Shown: positions 20,253 through 32,182 of the stretch, piece after piece
Position numbering within the stretch: the stretch's first letter is position 1
Layout: each line of letters begins with the position of its first letter
Assembly: GCA_016214265.1 (NCBI GenBank)
Contig: JACROU010000023.1
Location: 1 to 63,203 of the forward strand
DNA: 63,203 nucleotides
Source: Candidatus Omnitrophota bacterium
GTDB taxonomy: Bacteria; Omnitrophota; Omnitrophia; Omnitrophales; JACROU01
Direction: 5' to 3'
Notes under the pieces: generated by a model
Database searches by the model: none
Told to the model about the DNA's origin: nothing
The model's input: only the letters and a program-made list of their open reading frames with translations
Translations under genes and position numbers: made by a program

Positions 20253-20483
20253 GTGTTTAAAAATATCGCTTTTGGCATATTATTTTTTACATTGCTCATG
20301 GGCAGTTTTGCATTTGCGCAGGTGGGGAAAAATAGCATTTGTCCTGTGATGCCGGGTGAGTGCACTAAGGACCAGTTTCACGTCGATTATAATGGCGAGA
20401 GGATTTATCTCTGCTGCAAGGCTTGCGTGAAAGGTTTTAAACGGGATCCTGAGAAATATTTCAAAAATTTTAAATCGGAATAA
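20253..20483 (+). CDS. secreted YHS/TRASH-like metal-binding domain protein
   Basis: Signal peptide, then CPVMPGE...Y.GERIYLCCKACVKGFKRDPEKY. GTG start with AGGAGA RBS. Confidence 0.6.
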   Translation: MFKNIAFGILFFTLLMGSFAFAQVGKNSICPVMPGECTKDQFHVDYNGERIYLCCKACVKGFKRDPEKYFKNFKSE

Positions 20484-20508
20484 ATTTCGAAAAAGGATAA
20501 ATTTATTT

Positions 20509-21267
20509 ATGTTGCAAGCATTCATAATCGTACTGAGGGAAGGTTTTGAAGGGTTTTTGATTTCCGCAATAATCCTCGCGTTTCTTCGAAGACTAGGAGA
20601 TCGATGGCTTGAGGCGGCGGTGTATTGGGGAATATTTGTTTCTGTGATTACCAGTGCACTGTTGGGTTACATATTGCGCGACGGACTCAATCAGTCTCTG
20701 TGGGAGGGAATGCTTGCCCTAGCTACTATTGTGATGGTTGGTACATTGGTCATTCAGATGTGGAAAATGGGTCCGCGAATCAAAACCAACGTTGAAAGTA
20801 AACTTGTAGTTCTTTCATCAAATAAATCAAAGTTTGCTGCTTTTTGGGGTGTTTTTATTTTCACGGTTCTTATGATTACTCGGGAAGGTATGGAAACCGC
20901 AGTGATGCTTATTCAGATTCAGGAGGGCCATTTTGTATTCGGAGCAATCCTGGGTATTCTGTCTGCCGCCGCACTCTCTTTTTCTTGGATGCGATTCAGT
21001 TATCTTATCAATGTCAGGCGCTTTTTTCAGGTTACGGGAGTGTTCTTTTTGCTGTTTCTCGCGCAGCTGGCCATTTATTCCATTCATGAATTTGCTGAAG
21101 CCGGAATCCTGCCCAATAGTCCCTTTGTGCATAATTCGACCGAGATGCTGTCTCCGGATGGATATTATGGCAAATGGTTCTCTCTTTTGATTGTTGTTAC
21201 TTGCGCCGTCTGGCTGGTATGGGGATATGTTTCTGACAAATTTCGACAGCCAGTATTCTTAAAGTAA
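20509..21267 (+). CDS. FTR1-family high-affinity iron permease
   Basis: Two REGxE motifs (REGFEG near the N-terminus and REGMET mid-protein) in a ~7-TM protein. Confidence 0.8.
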   Translation: MLQAFIIVLREGFEGFLISAIILAFLRRLGDRWLEAAVYWGIFVSVITSALLGYILRDGLNQSLWEGMLALATIVMVGTLVIQMWKMGPRIKTNVESKLVVLSSNKSKFAAFWGVFIFTVLMITREGMETAVMLIQIQEGHFVFGAILGILSAAALSFSWMRFSYLINVRRFFQVTGVFFLLFLAQLAIYSIHEFAEAGILPNSPFVHNSTEMLSPDGYYGKWFSLLIVVTCAVWLVWGYVSDKFRQPVFLK

Positions 21268-21313
21268 CATCTGTTTTGCCCCAATTTTTTCTCGAAAAAA
21301 CCAAGCCTTTCCC

Positions 21314-21342
21314 TTGACCCAATTTCGCGTATTTGCTAAACT
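21314..21342 (+). promoter_or_regulatory. candidate atp operon promoter: TTGACC, 17-nt spacer, TAAACT
   Basis: Read directly, ~100 nt upstream of the first atp ORF. Confidence 0.35.
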
Positions 21343-21439
21343 TACGCTTCTTTGAGGCATTGTTTTTTGTTGAGTCTCTGCTTGTCGTATTCTGCTGTTA
21401 GGTTTTATCCTGTACCTCTCCAGCGGGGGCATCCTTAAC

Positions 21440-21658
21440 TTGAAAGAAGACAACCCGAACGATTGGCTTTTTTATTTAGGATTAGTGACGCAACTCGGAC
21501 TGGTCGTTGTGGTATGCATTCTCACGGGGTTTTTTGTGGGGCTTTACATTGACAAAAAGTGTTCGAGTTCCCCCATTGCAACTAGTATTTTTACTATCGT
21601 AGGCATTGGAGCGGGACTGATTAACGCCTATCAACTAATTATGCGAAAAATAAAATGA
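21440..21658 (+). CDS. AtpZ/AtpI-family small membrane protein
   Basis: 72 aa with two TM helices (LGLVTQLGLVVVVCILTGFFVGLYIDKK and PIATSIFTIVGIGAGLINAY). TTG start. First gene of the atp operon. Confidence 0.65.
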   Translation: MKEDNPNDWLFYLGLVTQLGLVVVVCILTGFFVGLYIDKKCSSSPIATSIFTIVGIGAGLINAYQLIMRKIK

Positions 21659-22053
21659 ATCCTTCCGAACCACTTGAAATTCAATCCTATCGCCGGCGAA
21701 TCACAGGAATGACCTGGCTTGTCACCGGTATTGCAGGTGCTGTCTTCGCGCTTGTGGGGATGTGGCATTGGACACTGGGATTGATTCTTGGTTTGGCGAT
21801 CGGGATGATTAATTTCTTCCTTCTGTGTCGTCAAACGGCTCGATTGGCCAATGCCGCCCAGGATAAAGCGAAGGGGATTATGATTCTGGGGCACTGGATG
21901 CGGTATCTTCTGATTGGAAGCGTCGTTTACTTGGTTTACAAAAAAGGCTCTGTTTCATTTCCTGCGTTTTTGATTGGCATGATGCTAGTTTATGGCGTAA
22001 TTTTTTTTGATGGAATTTTCGCCTCTCGGGCCCGGAAGGGTATGGAATCATGA
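21655..22053 (+). CDS. atpI: ATP synthase protein I
   Basis: 132-aa, four-TM protein immediately upstream of subunit a. ATGA overlap on both sides. Confidence 0.6.
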   Translation: MNPSEPLEIQSYRRRITGMTWLVTGIAGAVFALVGMWHWTLGLILGLAIGMINFFLLCRQTARLANAAQDKAKGIMILGHWMRYLLIGSVVYLVYKKGSVSFPAFLIGMMLVYGVIFFDGIFASRARKGMES

Positions 22054-22952
22054 AAAAACTGATTATCACCATCGGGCTGATTCTCTTCTTTGCCTGGCAG
22101 TTTCATCTTGCCATGCACATCACTCCGGATCTCTCAGAGGTCGGAAAGCCGCCGCATAAAATTCATGAATTGTTTGGTGTTCACATTCCTTTCGGCGGCA
22201 TTAATGTTCATACGATCCTGACTACCTGGATTGTGATTGGTATTCTGGTGCTGATGAGTCTGTTCTTGCTCGACAAACCGCAGATTGTACCGTCCCGCAC
22301 ACAGGCTTTTCTCGAATTGATTATCGAAGCCTTCTTGAAATTGTGTGAAGATACGCTGGGCTCTAAATTGGGACGGAAGTATTTTCCATACGTCATGACC
22401 GTTTTTCTGTTCATTATCTGCTCAAATTATCTGGCGCTTCTGCCATTTCATCTGTTTGAAGACAAGCCGACTCGTGATCTGAATACAACATTGGGCATGG
22501 GTTTGCTCGCGTTCTTTGTTGCGCATCTTTCCGGAATTAGAATTAAAGGCTTTCTTGGCTATCTCAAGCATTATTTCGAGCCATTTATTAAAATTGGCAA
22601 ATGGGAAATTCCAAATTTTATTTTTGCACCGCTTCACATAGTTGGTGAAGTCGGAAAAGTGGTTTCCCACAGCTTTCGTCTTTTCGGCAACATTACGGGA
22701 GAGACAATCATCATTGTGGTGGTAACGAATTTGGTGCATTTCTGGTTATTGCCTCCGGTGCTAAGTGTTTATTTCATTATGCTGATTGGCGCGATTCAGG
22801 CATTTGTATTTACGATGCTTGCTCTCACATATTTATCGATTCAGATTCGGCATGATGATGAGGAAGAGCATGCGGATGTTATTGATCTGGAAAAAGGGCC
22901 TTTGATTTCGGAACACGAAGCGCATGCGGTTGCTGGTGCGGGGAAACACTAG
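22050..22952 (+). CDS. atpB: F0 ATP synthase subunit a
   Basis: HSFRLFGNITGE (essential Arg) and the QAFVFTMLALTYL motif. Has an acidic/His-rich C-terminal tail of ~35 aa. Confidence 0.9.
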   Translation: MKKLIITIGLILFFAWQFHLAMHITPDLSEVGKPPHKIHELFGVHIPFGGINVHTILTTWIVIGILVLMSLFLLDKPQIVPSRTQAFLELIIEAFLKLCEDTLGSKLGRKYFPYVMTVFLFIICSNYLALLPFHLFEDKPTRDLNTTLGMGLLAFFVAHLSGIRIKGFLGYLKHYFEPFIKIGKWEIPNFIFAPLHIVGEVGKVVSHSFRLFGNITGETIIIVVVTNLVHFWLLPPVLSVYFIMLIGAIQAFVFTMLALTYLSIQIRHDDEEEHADVIDLEKGPLISEHEAHAVAGAGKH

Positions 22953-23672
22953 ATGGATCCTATTTCAGCATTAAAACTTGGATCGTTTGTCGGCGCGGCG
23001 ATTGCTGTTGGGCTGGGTTCACTTGGAGCCGCGATTGGGATTGGTATTGCGACAGCGCGTGCGGTTGAGGCGATGATGCGACAGCCGAAAGCGGCCGGCA
23101 CGATTACCCGGGTACTTTTAATCGGAATTGCTGTGGCCGAGTCGCCCGCGATTTTTGCGCTCGTGGTCGCAATTATTTTGATTTTCAATCCCGGAAATCC
23201 GGGGAATACGGCGCATGTGATGGGACTTTTGGGCGCCGGAATTTCGATTGGAATTGGAACGATTGGTTCCGCGCTCGGTGAGGGATATACCGCGGGGCAT
23301 GCCTGTGAATCAGTGGGGCGTCAGCCTGGAAACGAAGTTAGTGTGGTTCGAACGATGCTGTTGGGGCAGGCGGTCGCGGAATCGCCGGCTATTTTTTCTC
23401 TGGTGGTTGCCATGCTCTTAATTTTTATCAACGTGTCTGATAGCTTTGTTCACATTATTGCGATGTTGTCTGCCGGGTTTTGCATGGGAATCGGTGCTTC
23501 GCCGGCCGGAATTGGCGAAGGCTTCGCTGCCGGGATGGCGTCGAAGAATGTAGCTCGATATCCACAATCGGCAGGGATTATTACCCGTACGATGTTAGTC
23601 GGACAGGCTGTAACAGAATCAACCGCGATTTATTGTTTTGTTGTTGCGATGTGTATTATCTATTTAACTTAA
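22953..23672 (+). CDS. atpE: F0 subunit c, three-hairpin (six-TM) fusion
   Basis: One uninterrupted 239-codon ORF holds three consecutive c-type hairpins, each about 80 aa. Each has a Gly-rich helix 1, a polar loop (RQPKAAG, RQPGNEV, RYPQSAG) and a helix 2 with a carboxylate (IAVAESPAIF, QAVAESPAIF, QAVTESTAIY). Confidence 0.85.
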   Translation: MDPISALKLGSFVGAAIAVGLGSLGAAIGIGIATARAVEAMMRQPKAAGTITRVLLIGIAVAESPAIFALVVAIILIFNPGNPGNTAHVMGLLGAGISIGIGTIGSALGEGYTAGHACESVGRQPGNEVSVVRTMLLGQAVAESPAIFSLVVAMLLIFINVSDSFVHIIAMLSAGFCMGIGASPAGIGEGFAAGMASKNVARYPQSAGIITRTMLVGQAVTESTAIYCFVVAMCIIYLT

Positions 23673-23690
23673 ACCAAGGAGAAATGAATC

Positions 23691-23942
23691 ATGACCATTA
23701 CAGGAGCTGAAATTATCAGAGCAGCCGCAGTGCTGGCGGCAGGATTTTGCATGGGGTTTTCGTGCTTAGGTCCGGGAATCGGCGAAGGTTATGCTTGCGG
23801 AAAAGCAGTTGAGGCTATCGCGAAAGAACCTCAACAGGCTGGGCCGATTACTCGCACGATGTTGGTAGGACAAGCCGTTACTGAATCCCCAGCGATTTAT
23901 GCGCTCGTAATCGCGCTCTTGCTTCTTTTTGTTGTGAAATGA
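23691..23942 (+). CDS. atpE: F0 subunit c, conventional single hairpin
   Basis: 83 aa: GPGIGEGYACGKAVEAIAKEPQQAG...LVGQAVTESPAIYALVIALLLLF. GGAG RBS. Confidence 0.9.
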   Translation: MTITGAEIIRAAAVLAAGFCMGFSCLGPGIGEGYACGKAVEAIAKEPQQAGPITRTMLVGQAVTESPAIYALVIALLLLFVVK

Positions 23943-23976
23943 CACCGCAGGTGTCATCCTGAGCGCAACGAAGGAT
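23940..23976 (+). repeat. Two adjacent small palindromes between the atpE and atpF genes
   Basis: TGACACC-GCA-GGTGTCA (23940-23956) and ATCCT-(11 nt)-AGGAT (23956-23976), read directly. Confidence 0.75.
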
Positions 23977-24020
23977 CTGCTTTATGCTCAAGAAAAAGTG
24001 TCGTCTTGGAGGAATAATTC

Positions 24021-24497
24021 ATGATTGAAATTAGTTTTACCATGATCCTGCAGTGGATCAACTTTGGCATTTTACTTTTCTTTCTGTCCAAGGTTCTCTA
24101 CAAACCATTGTTGAATGTGCTGGATAAGCGCCGTGCGATGGTTGAGGGGGAGATTTCTGAGGCGAAGAAGAAAAAAAATGAAGCCGAGGAGATCTTGCGT
24201 GAGTATCAATCCAGGCTGGATGATTTGAAAGCCGAAGGGCGAAAAATTGTTGAAGACGCCAGGCGTCAGGCTGTGATCGAAAAAGATAAGATTCTTGATT
24301 TGGCCACCTCGGAAGCAAAACTTTCGATCGAAAACGCACGCCTTGAAATCGAGGCGCATTCGCTTGAGGCGCGTGACGAGATTAAACGTCAGGTTGCAGA
24401 TTTAGTTGTGGAGTGCGCTGCGAAAGTGATTGAGCGCGAAGTGCGTGAAGAAGATCATCAAAAATACATCGAAGATTTTATCGCTAGGGTAAAGTAA
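24021..24497 (+). CDS. atpF: F0 subunit b
   Basis: N-terminal TM helix followed by a long charged coiled coil. Position in the operon. Confidence 0.85.
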   Translation: MIEISFTMILQWINFGILLFFLSKVLYKPLLNVLDKRRAMVEGEISEAKKKKNEAEEILREYQSRLDDLKAEGRKIVEDARRQAVIEKDKILDLATSEAKLSIENARLEIEAHSLEARDEIKRQVADLVVECAAKVIEREVREEDHQKYIEDFIARVK

Positions 24498-24499
24498 TC

Positions 24500-25048
24500 A
24501 TGCCGAAAGCCTCAACCTCTAATCCTGGAATTCAGCGATATGCCCTGGCGTTTTTTCACGCAATCAAGGGCGAGCGCATGGATCCGATTATGGCGGAGTA
24601 CCGGATGATTTTGGAACTGTTTCGCGCTTACCCCGATTTAACCCAAGTGCTTAATCATCTGTTGTTAAAGGATGAGGAGAAAGAGCGGATTCTCGCCCGC
24701 GTGTTGGAGACTTGCTCGGTATCCAAAGAGATGGCGAGTTTTTTAAAAACATTGCTTCGTCGGCGGCATATGGATTGGCTAGAGTCAATTTTTGAGGCGT
24801 TGCAAGCGTTGGTTGATAAGGCGCATAACCGTGCTACTGCCTTTGTTAAGGTGGCGGTGAAATTATCTGAAGTGCAGCGTGAAAAGCTGCGCGCCAAATT
24901 GGAACAACTGACTCACAAAAAAATTGATCTGCGAGTGGAATTTGATCCTACGGTGATTGGCGGGATTGTTGCCAAGGTGGGAGACCGGATTTTTGACACC
25001 AGTTTAAAAAACAAACTCAATTTGATTAAAGCAGGAATGGAAAGCTAA
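24500..25048 (+). CDS. atpH: F1 subunit delta (OSCP)
   Basis: C-terminal [28 protein letters not shown] is typical of delta. Confidence 0.85.
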   Translation: MPKASTSNPGIQRYALAFFHAIKGERMDPIMAEYRMILELFRAYPDLTQVLNHLLLKDEEKERILARVLETCSVSKEMASFLKTLLRRRHMDWLESIFEALQALVDKAHNRATAFVKVAVKLSEVQREKLRAKLEQLTHKKIDLRVEFDPTVIGGIVAKVGDRIFDTSLKNKLNLIKAGMES

Positions 25049-25065
25049 AGGGAGAAGTCATAACG

Positions 25066-26580
25066 ATGAAAATTAAATCGGAAGAAATTACATCACTGCT
25101 TCGGGCGGAGATTGAGGAATTCAAAAAGAAACTAGATGTTCGTGACGTCGGCATCGTTATTAAGGTAGGTGACGGTATCGCGACAATTTTTGGACTTGAG
25201 CGTGCCATGTATGGCGAGCTGCTTCAGTTTCCGAACAATGTGTACGGAATGGTGCTGAATCTTGAGGACGAAACCATCGGTGCGGTGCTTTTTGGCTCCG
25301 ACGAGTTGATTAAAGAAGGTGATGAAGTTCGCGGTACGGGACGTGTTGTGGACGTTCCGATAGGGGAGGGGCTTGTGGGGCGTGTGGTGAACGCGCTGGG
25401 ACAGCCGATTGATGGGAAGGGGCCAATCAAATCGACGAAACGTCGCCCAGTTGAAACGATTGCTCCGGGCGTTGTCGAGCGTCAGCCGGTGAAAGAGCCG
25501 CTCCTGACGGGGTTGAAGGCGATCGATTCCATGATTCCTATCGGACGGGGGCAGCGCGAGTTGATTATCGGCGACCGGCAGACGGGCAAAACTGCTGTCG
25601 CTCTAGACACGATCATCAATCAAAAAGGTCAGAATGTGATTTGCATTTATGTTGCGATCGGTCAGAAAAATTCCAGTGTGGCGCAAGTCATCAAAACACT
25701 CGAAGAATTTGACGCGATGAAATACACAATCGTTGTTTCGGCCACCAGTTCTGATTCCGCCCCGCTTCAATATCTGGCTCCGTATGCCGGCTGTTCGATT
25801 GGTGAAGATTTTCGCGATAACGGACAGCATGCGCTTGTGATATACGATGACTTGTCCAAACACGCTGCGGCTTATCGCCAGCTGTCACTCCTCTTGCGTC
25901 GTCCGCCGGGCCGCGAAGCGTTTCCTGGCGATATATTCTACGCGCACTCGCGTCTTCTCGAACGCGCCGCGAAAATGAATGAACAGCATGGCGGTGGATC
26001 GCTCACTGCACTTCCGATTATTGAAACGCAGGCGGGTGACGTTTCAGCATATATTCCTACCAATGTGATTTCGATTACGGATGGTCAAATTTATCTGGAA
26101 GCCGATTTGTTTTATCAGGGCATTCGCCCAGCCGTGAACGTGGGACTTTCAGTATCGCGTGTCGGCGGCAACGCACAGTTCAAAGCCATGCGGCAAGTGG
26201 CAGGACGTTTGCGTCTCGACTTGGCTCAGTACCGGGAAATGGAAGCCTTTGCTCGTTTCGGTACAGAATTGGATGACGCCACAAAACAGCAGTTGGAGCG
26301 TGGCAGGCGGCTGGTGGAAATTCTGAAGCAGAATCAGTATGTTCCTATGCGGCTCGGACTTCAGGTCATCATTATTTATACCGGTGTGAATGGATATCTG
26401 GATGATTTACCGGTGCAGGACATCCGGAAATTTGAGGCGAGATTTTCGCAATATCTTGAATCTGAAAAGAAGGGCCTCCTCGATAAAATTGAAGCCTCCC
26501 GTGAAATTACGGAAGAAATCAAACAAACTATCGAGGATGAAATTCGGTTTTTCAAAAAAGATTACGCGATTAAGGCTTAA
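25066..26580 (+). CDS. atpA: F1 subunit alpha
   Basis: GDRQTGKT P-loop and overall alpha-subunit sequence. Confidence 0.95.
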   Translation: MKIKSEEITSLLRAEIEEFKKKLDVRDVGIVIKVGDGIATIFGLERAMYGELLQFPNNVYGMVLNLEDETIGAVLFGSDELIKEGDEVRGTGRVVDVPIGEGLVGRVVNALGQPIDGKGPIKSTKRRPVETIAPGVVERQPVKEPLLTGLKAIDSMIPIGRGQRELIIGDRQTGKTAVALDTIINQKGQNVICIYVAIGQKNSSVAQVIKTLEEFDAMKYTIVVSATSSDSAPLQYLAPYAGCSIGEDFRDNGQHALVIYDDLSKHAAAYRQLSLLLRRPPGREAFPGDIFYAHSRLLERAAKMNEQHGGGSLTALPIIETQAGDVSAYIPTNVISITDGQIYLEADLFYQGIRPAVNVGLSVSRVGGNAQFKAMRQVAGRLRLDLAQYREMEAFARFGTELDDATKQQLERGRRLVEILKQNQYVPMRLGLQVIIIYTGVNGYLDDLPVQDIRKFEARFSQYLESEKKGLLDKIEASREITEEIKQTIEDEIRFFKKDYAIKA

Positions 26581-26586
26581 TCCAAA

Positions 26587-27462
26587 ATGGCAACTCTTCG
26601 GGAAATTAAGCGCCGTTTGACCGGTGTTAAAAATACGCAAAAGATTACCAAGGCCATGAAAATTGTGGCCGCGACGAAGTTGAAACGCTGGGAAAAAGAC
26701 GCGATTGGGTCGCGCCCATATTTCGAGCACATTGAAAATATGGTCAAGGACCTCATAGTGACTGTTGGCAGCGTTGAACACCCTTATCTTGACGTGAGGA
26801 AGGGTAAAAAACTTTTGATTGTCGTGGTGACTTCCGACCGGTGACTTTGCGGTGCATTTAACTCAAATCTGAATCGCAAAGTTTATGAGCTTGCGAAATC
26901 AGAACGCGCGAAGGGGAAGGAAGTCAGTTTTTATATTTTGGGGTCCAAAGGCATTCGGTTTTTTACCGCAAAAGGAGAGCCTCTTTTTAAAAGCATCCTC
27001 GCGGTTGAGCGGCACAAAAAACAAGAACTGGCTAAAGAGATTACCCGCGAATTGGATGAATTGTTCGTGGGGCAGAAGTTTGACGAAATTATTCTGGCGT
27101 ATAACGGATTTATCAATCGCTCCAGTTATGTTTCGCGTATTCAGCCGTACCTTCCGGTAGCGTTTAATCAACAGGTAATTGCTGCTGAGACCTCTGAGGC
27201 AAAAGGGTTTTATGCGTTTGAACCTTCATCTGAAGGGGTGCTTGCGGTTCTTTTTCCAATGTTTCTTGAATCAAAAATTTTCCGTTCTCTCGTGGAATCC
27301 AAAACGGCTGAAGAAGCCGCGCGCATGCTCGCGATGGATTATGCCACTGAGAACGCCAGTGAGATTGTGAGTGAGTTAACGTTGCTTTATAACCGTGTCC
27401 GCCAATCGGGAATCACGAAAGAAATTTCTGAAATTGTCGGCGGTGCGGAAGCGCTTAAATGA
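26587..27462 (+). pseudogene. atpG: F1 subunit gamma, interrupted by a single in-frame TGA (26842-26844)
   Basis: Track ORFs 26587..26844 and 26938..27462 are in the same frame with no other stop between them. The readthrough sequence VVVTSDR*LCGAFNSNLNRK puts the TGA exactly where gamma subunits have the Gly of DRGLCG. Total 292 codons, a normal gamma length. Confidence 0.85.
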
Positions 27463-27474
27463 CAGAGGAGATAA

Positions 27475-28889
<1,415 letters not shown>

Positions 28890-28890
<1 letters not shown>

Positions 28891-29138
28891 TGATTCCGGA
28901 AATACTAAAACTCAGCATCATCGGCTACGATCGGGTGATTTACCAGGGCGAGGCGGAGTTTGTGGTGCTTCCGACCCAATGGGGGGAGATGGGCGTTCTG
29001 CCTGGTCACACCAAGCTGTTCGCACTTCTGGCGCCTGGAAAAGTCAGGGTGAAGAATAAGGGCAAGGAAGAAGTTTTTTCTGTCCGCGATGGTGTGATTA
29101 AAGTTAAACCCGATGAAGTTGAAGTGCTGAGCGCTTGA
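28890..29138 (+). CDS. atpC: F1 subunit epsilon, short form (beta-sandwich domain only)
   Basis: 82 aa. G.MGVLPGH motif. No C-terminal helical hairpin is encoded before the stop at 29136-29138. Confidence 0.8.
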
Positions 29139-29146
29139 CTCTTGTC

Positions 29147-29841
29147 ATGAAACCCTCGTCATCAGGGACTTTGTTTGTGGTGAGTACCCCGATTGGAAAT
29201 TTGAAAGATATTTCGCATCGCGCTTTGGAAGTGCTTGGAGCGGTAGATATGATTCTCGCCGAAGATACCCGTCAGACGTCAAAACTGCTTTTCCATTTCA
29301 ATCTGAAGACCCCGCGTATTAGTTTTCACGATTTTTCATCCGATAAAAAGCTCGATTCATTAATTTGCCAGCTTGAGGCTGGGAAGAATATGGCGCTTGT
29401 CTCTGACAGCGGTACGCCGCTTCTGTCAGATCCCGGATTTAACTTGGTCCGTGAGGCGATTGCCAAGAACATTCCGATTGTGCCGGTTCCGGGCGCATCC
29501 GCGCTTTTAGCTTCAATTGTCGCCAGTGGTGTTCCGATGGACCGTTTTGTTTTCGAAGGATTTTTGCCGCAAAAGGGGAGTTCGCGCAAAGAACGCTTGG
29601 AAAACATCGCTAAGGCAGAGGCGACGCAGATTTTGTATGAATCGCCGTATCACGTGACCAAACTTCTCGAGTCGCTGAAAGAGATTTTCGGTGGAGGACG
29701 GCCTCTCGTGATTGGCCGGGAACTGACCAAGATTCACGAAGAATTTTTGCGTGGGACTGTCGATGAATTGATCGCTCATTTTTCAAAAGTCACGCCGCGC
29801 GGCGAATTCGTCGTGATCATCCCAAAAGAGGCGAAAAAATC

Positions 29842-29845
<4 letters not shown>
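29147..29845 (+). CDS. rsmI: 16S rRNA (cytidine1402-2'-O)-methyltransferase
   Basis: GTLFVVSTPIGNLKDISHRALEVL...ILAEDTRQTSKLL. Confidence 0.85.
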
Positions 29846-31804
<1,959 letters not shown>

Positions 31805-32092
31805 ATGTCGCGGCATTTATACGCCATTCTGTTTTTTGCAGCGGTCGTTGCTTTTTTGGCTATTATTTATCTTCCTAGTTATACGAAATATCAAGAATTG
31901 AAACAGGAAGATGAGAAAATTGCCGAACATATTCAAGAGCTTCAGACTCAAAATGATCAATTGCGTGAAGAAGCGCGACTGCTGCAAACTGATGTGAAAT
32001 ATTTGGAAAAAGTTCTCCGCGAAGAGCTTGGCTTGGTCAAGCCCGGAGAAGTTGTTTACAAATTCGTAAAGGATGAGAAGAAAAAGTCGTAA
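31805..32092 (+). CDS. ftsB: septum formation initiator (FtsB/DivIC family)
   Basis: 95 aa: one TM helix, a coiled coil, and EELGLVKPGEVVY. Confidence 0.7.
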   Translation: MSRHLYAILFFAAVVAFLAIIYLPSYTKYQELKQEDEKIAEHIQELQTQNDQLREEARLLQTDVKYLEKVLREELGLVKPGEVVYKFVKDEKKKS

Positions 32093-32182
32093 TAGTTATA
32101 ACATTATTAGGTATGAAGCACGGATTTTCCCTCTTGTTTTTTCTCCAGCAGGCTTCTGTTATTCTTTAATTAGGAAAATATT

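Noticed and set aside
26842-26844. Selenocysteine at the atpG TGA
   Set aside because: The position is a conserved Gly in a structural motif of gamma. No redox role is expected, and I see no obvious stem-loop immediately downstream that resembles a bacterial SECIS element.
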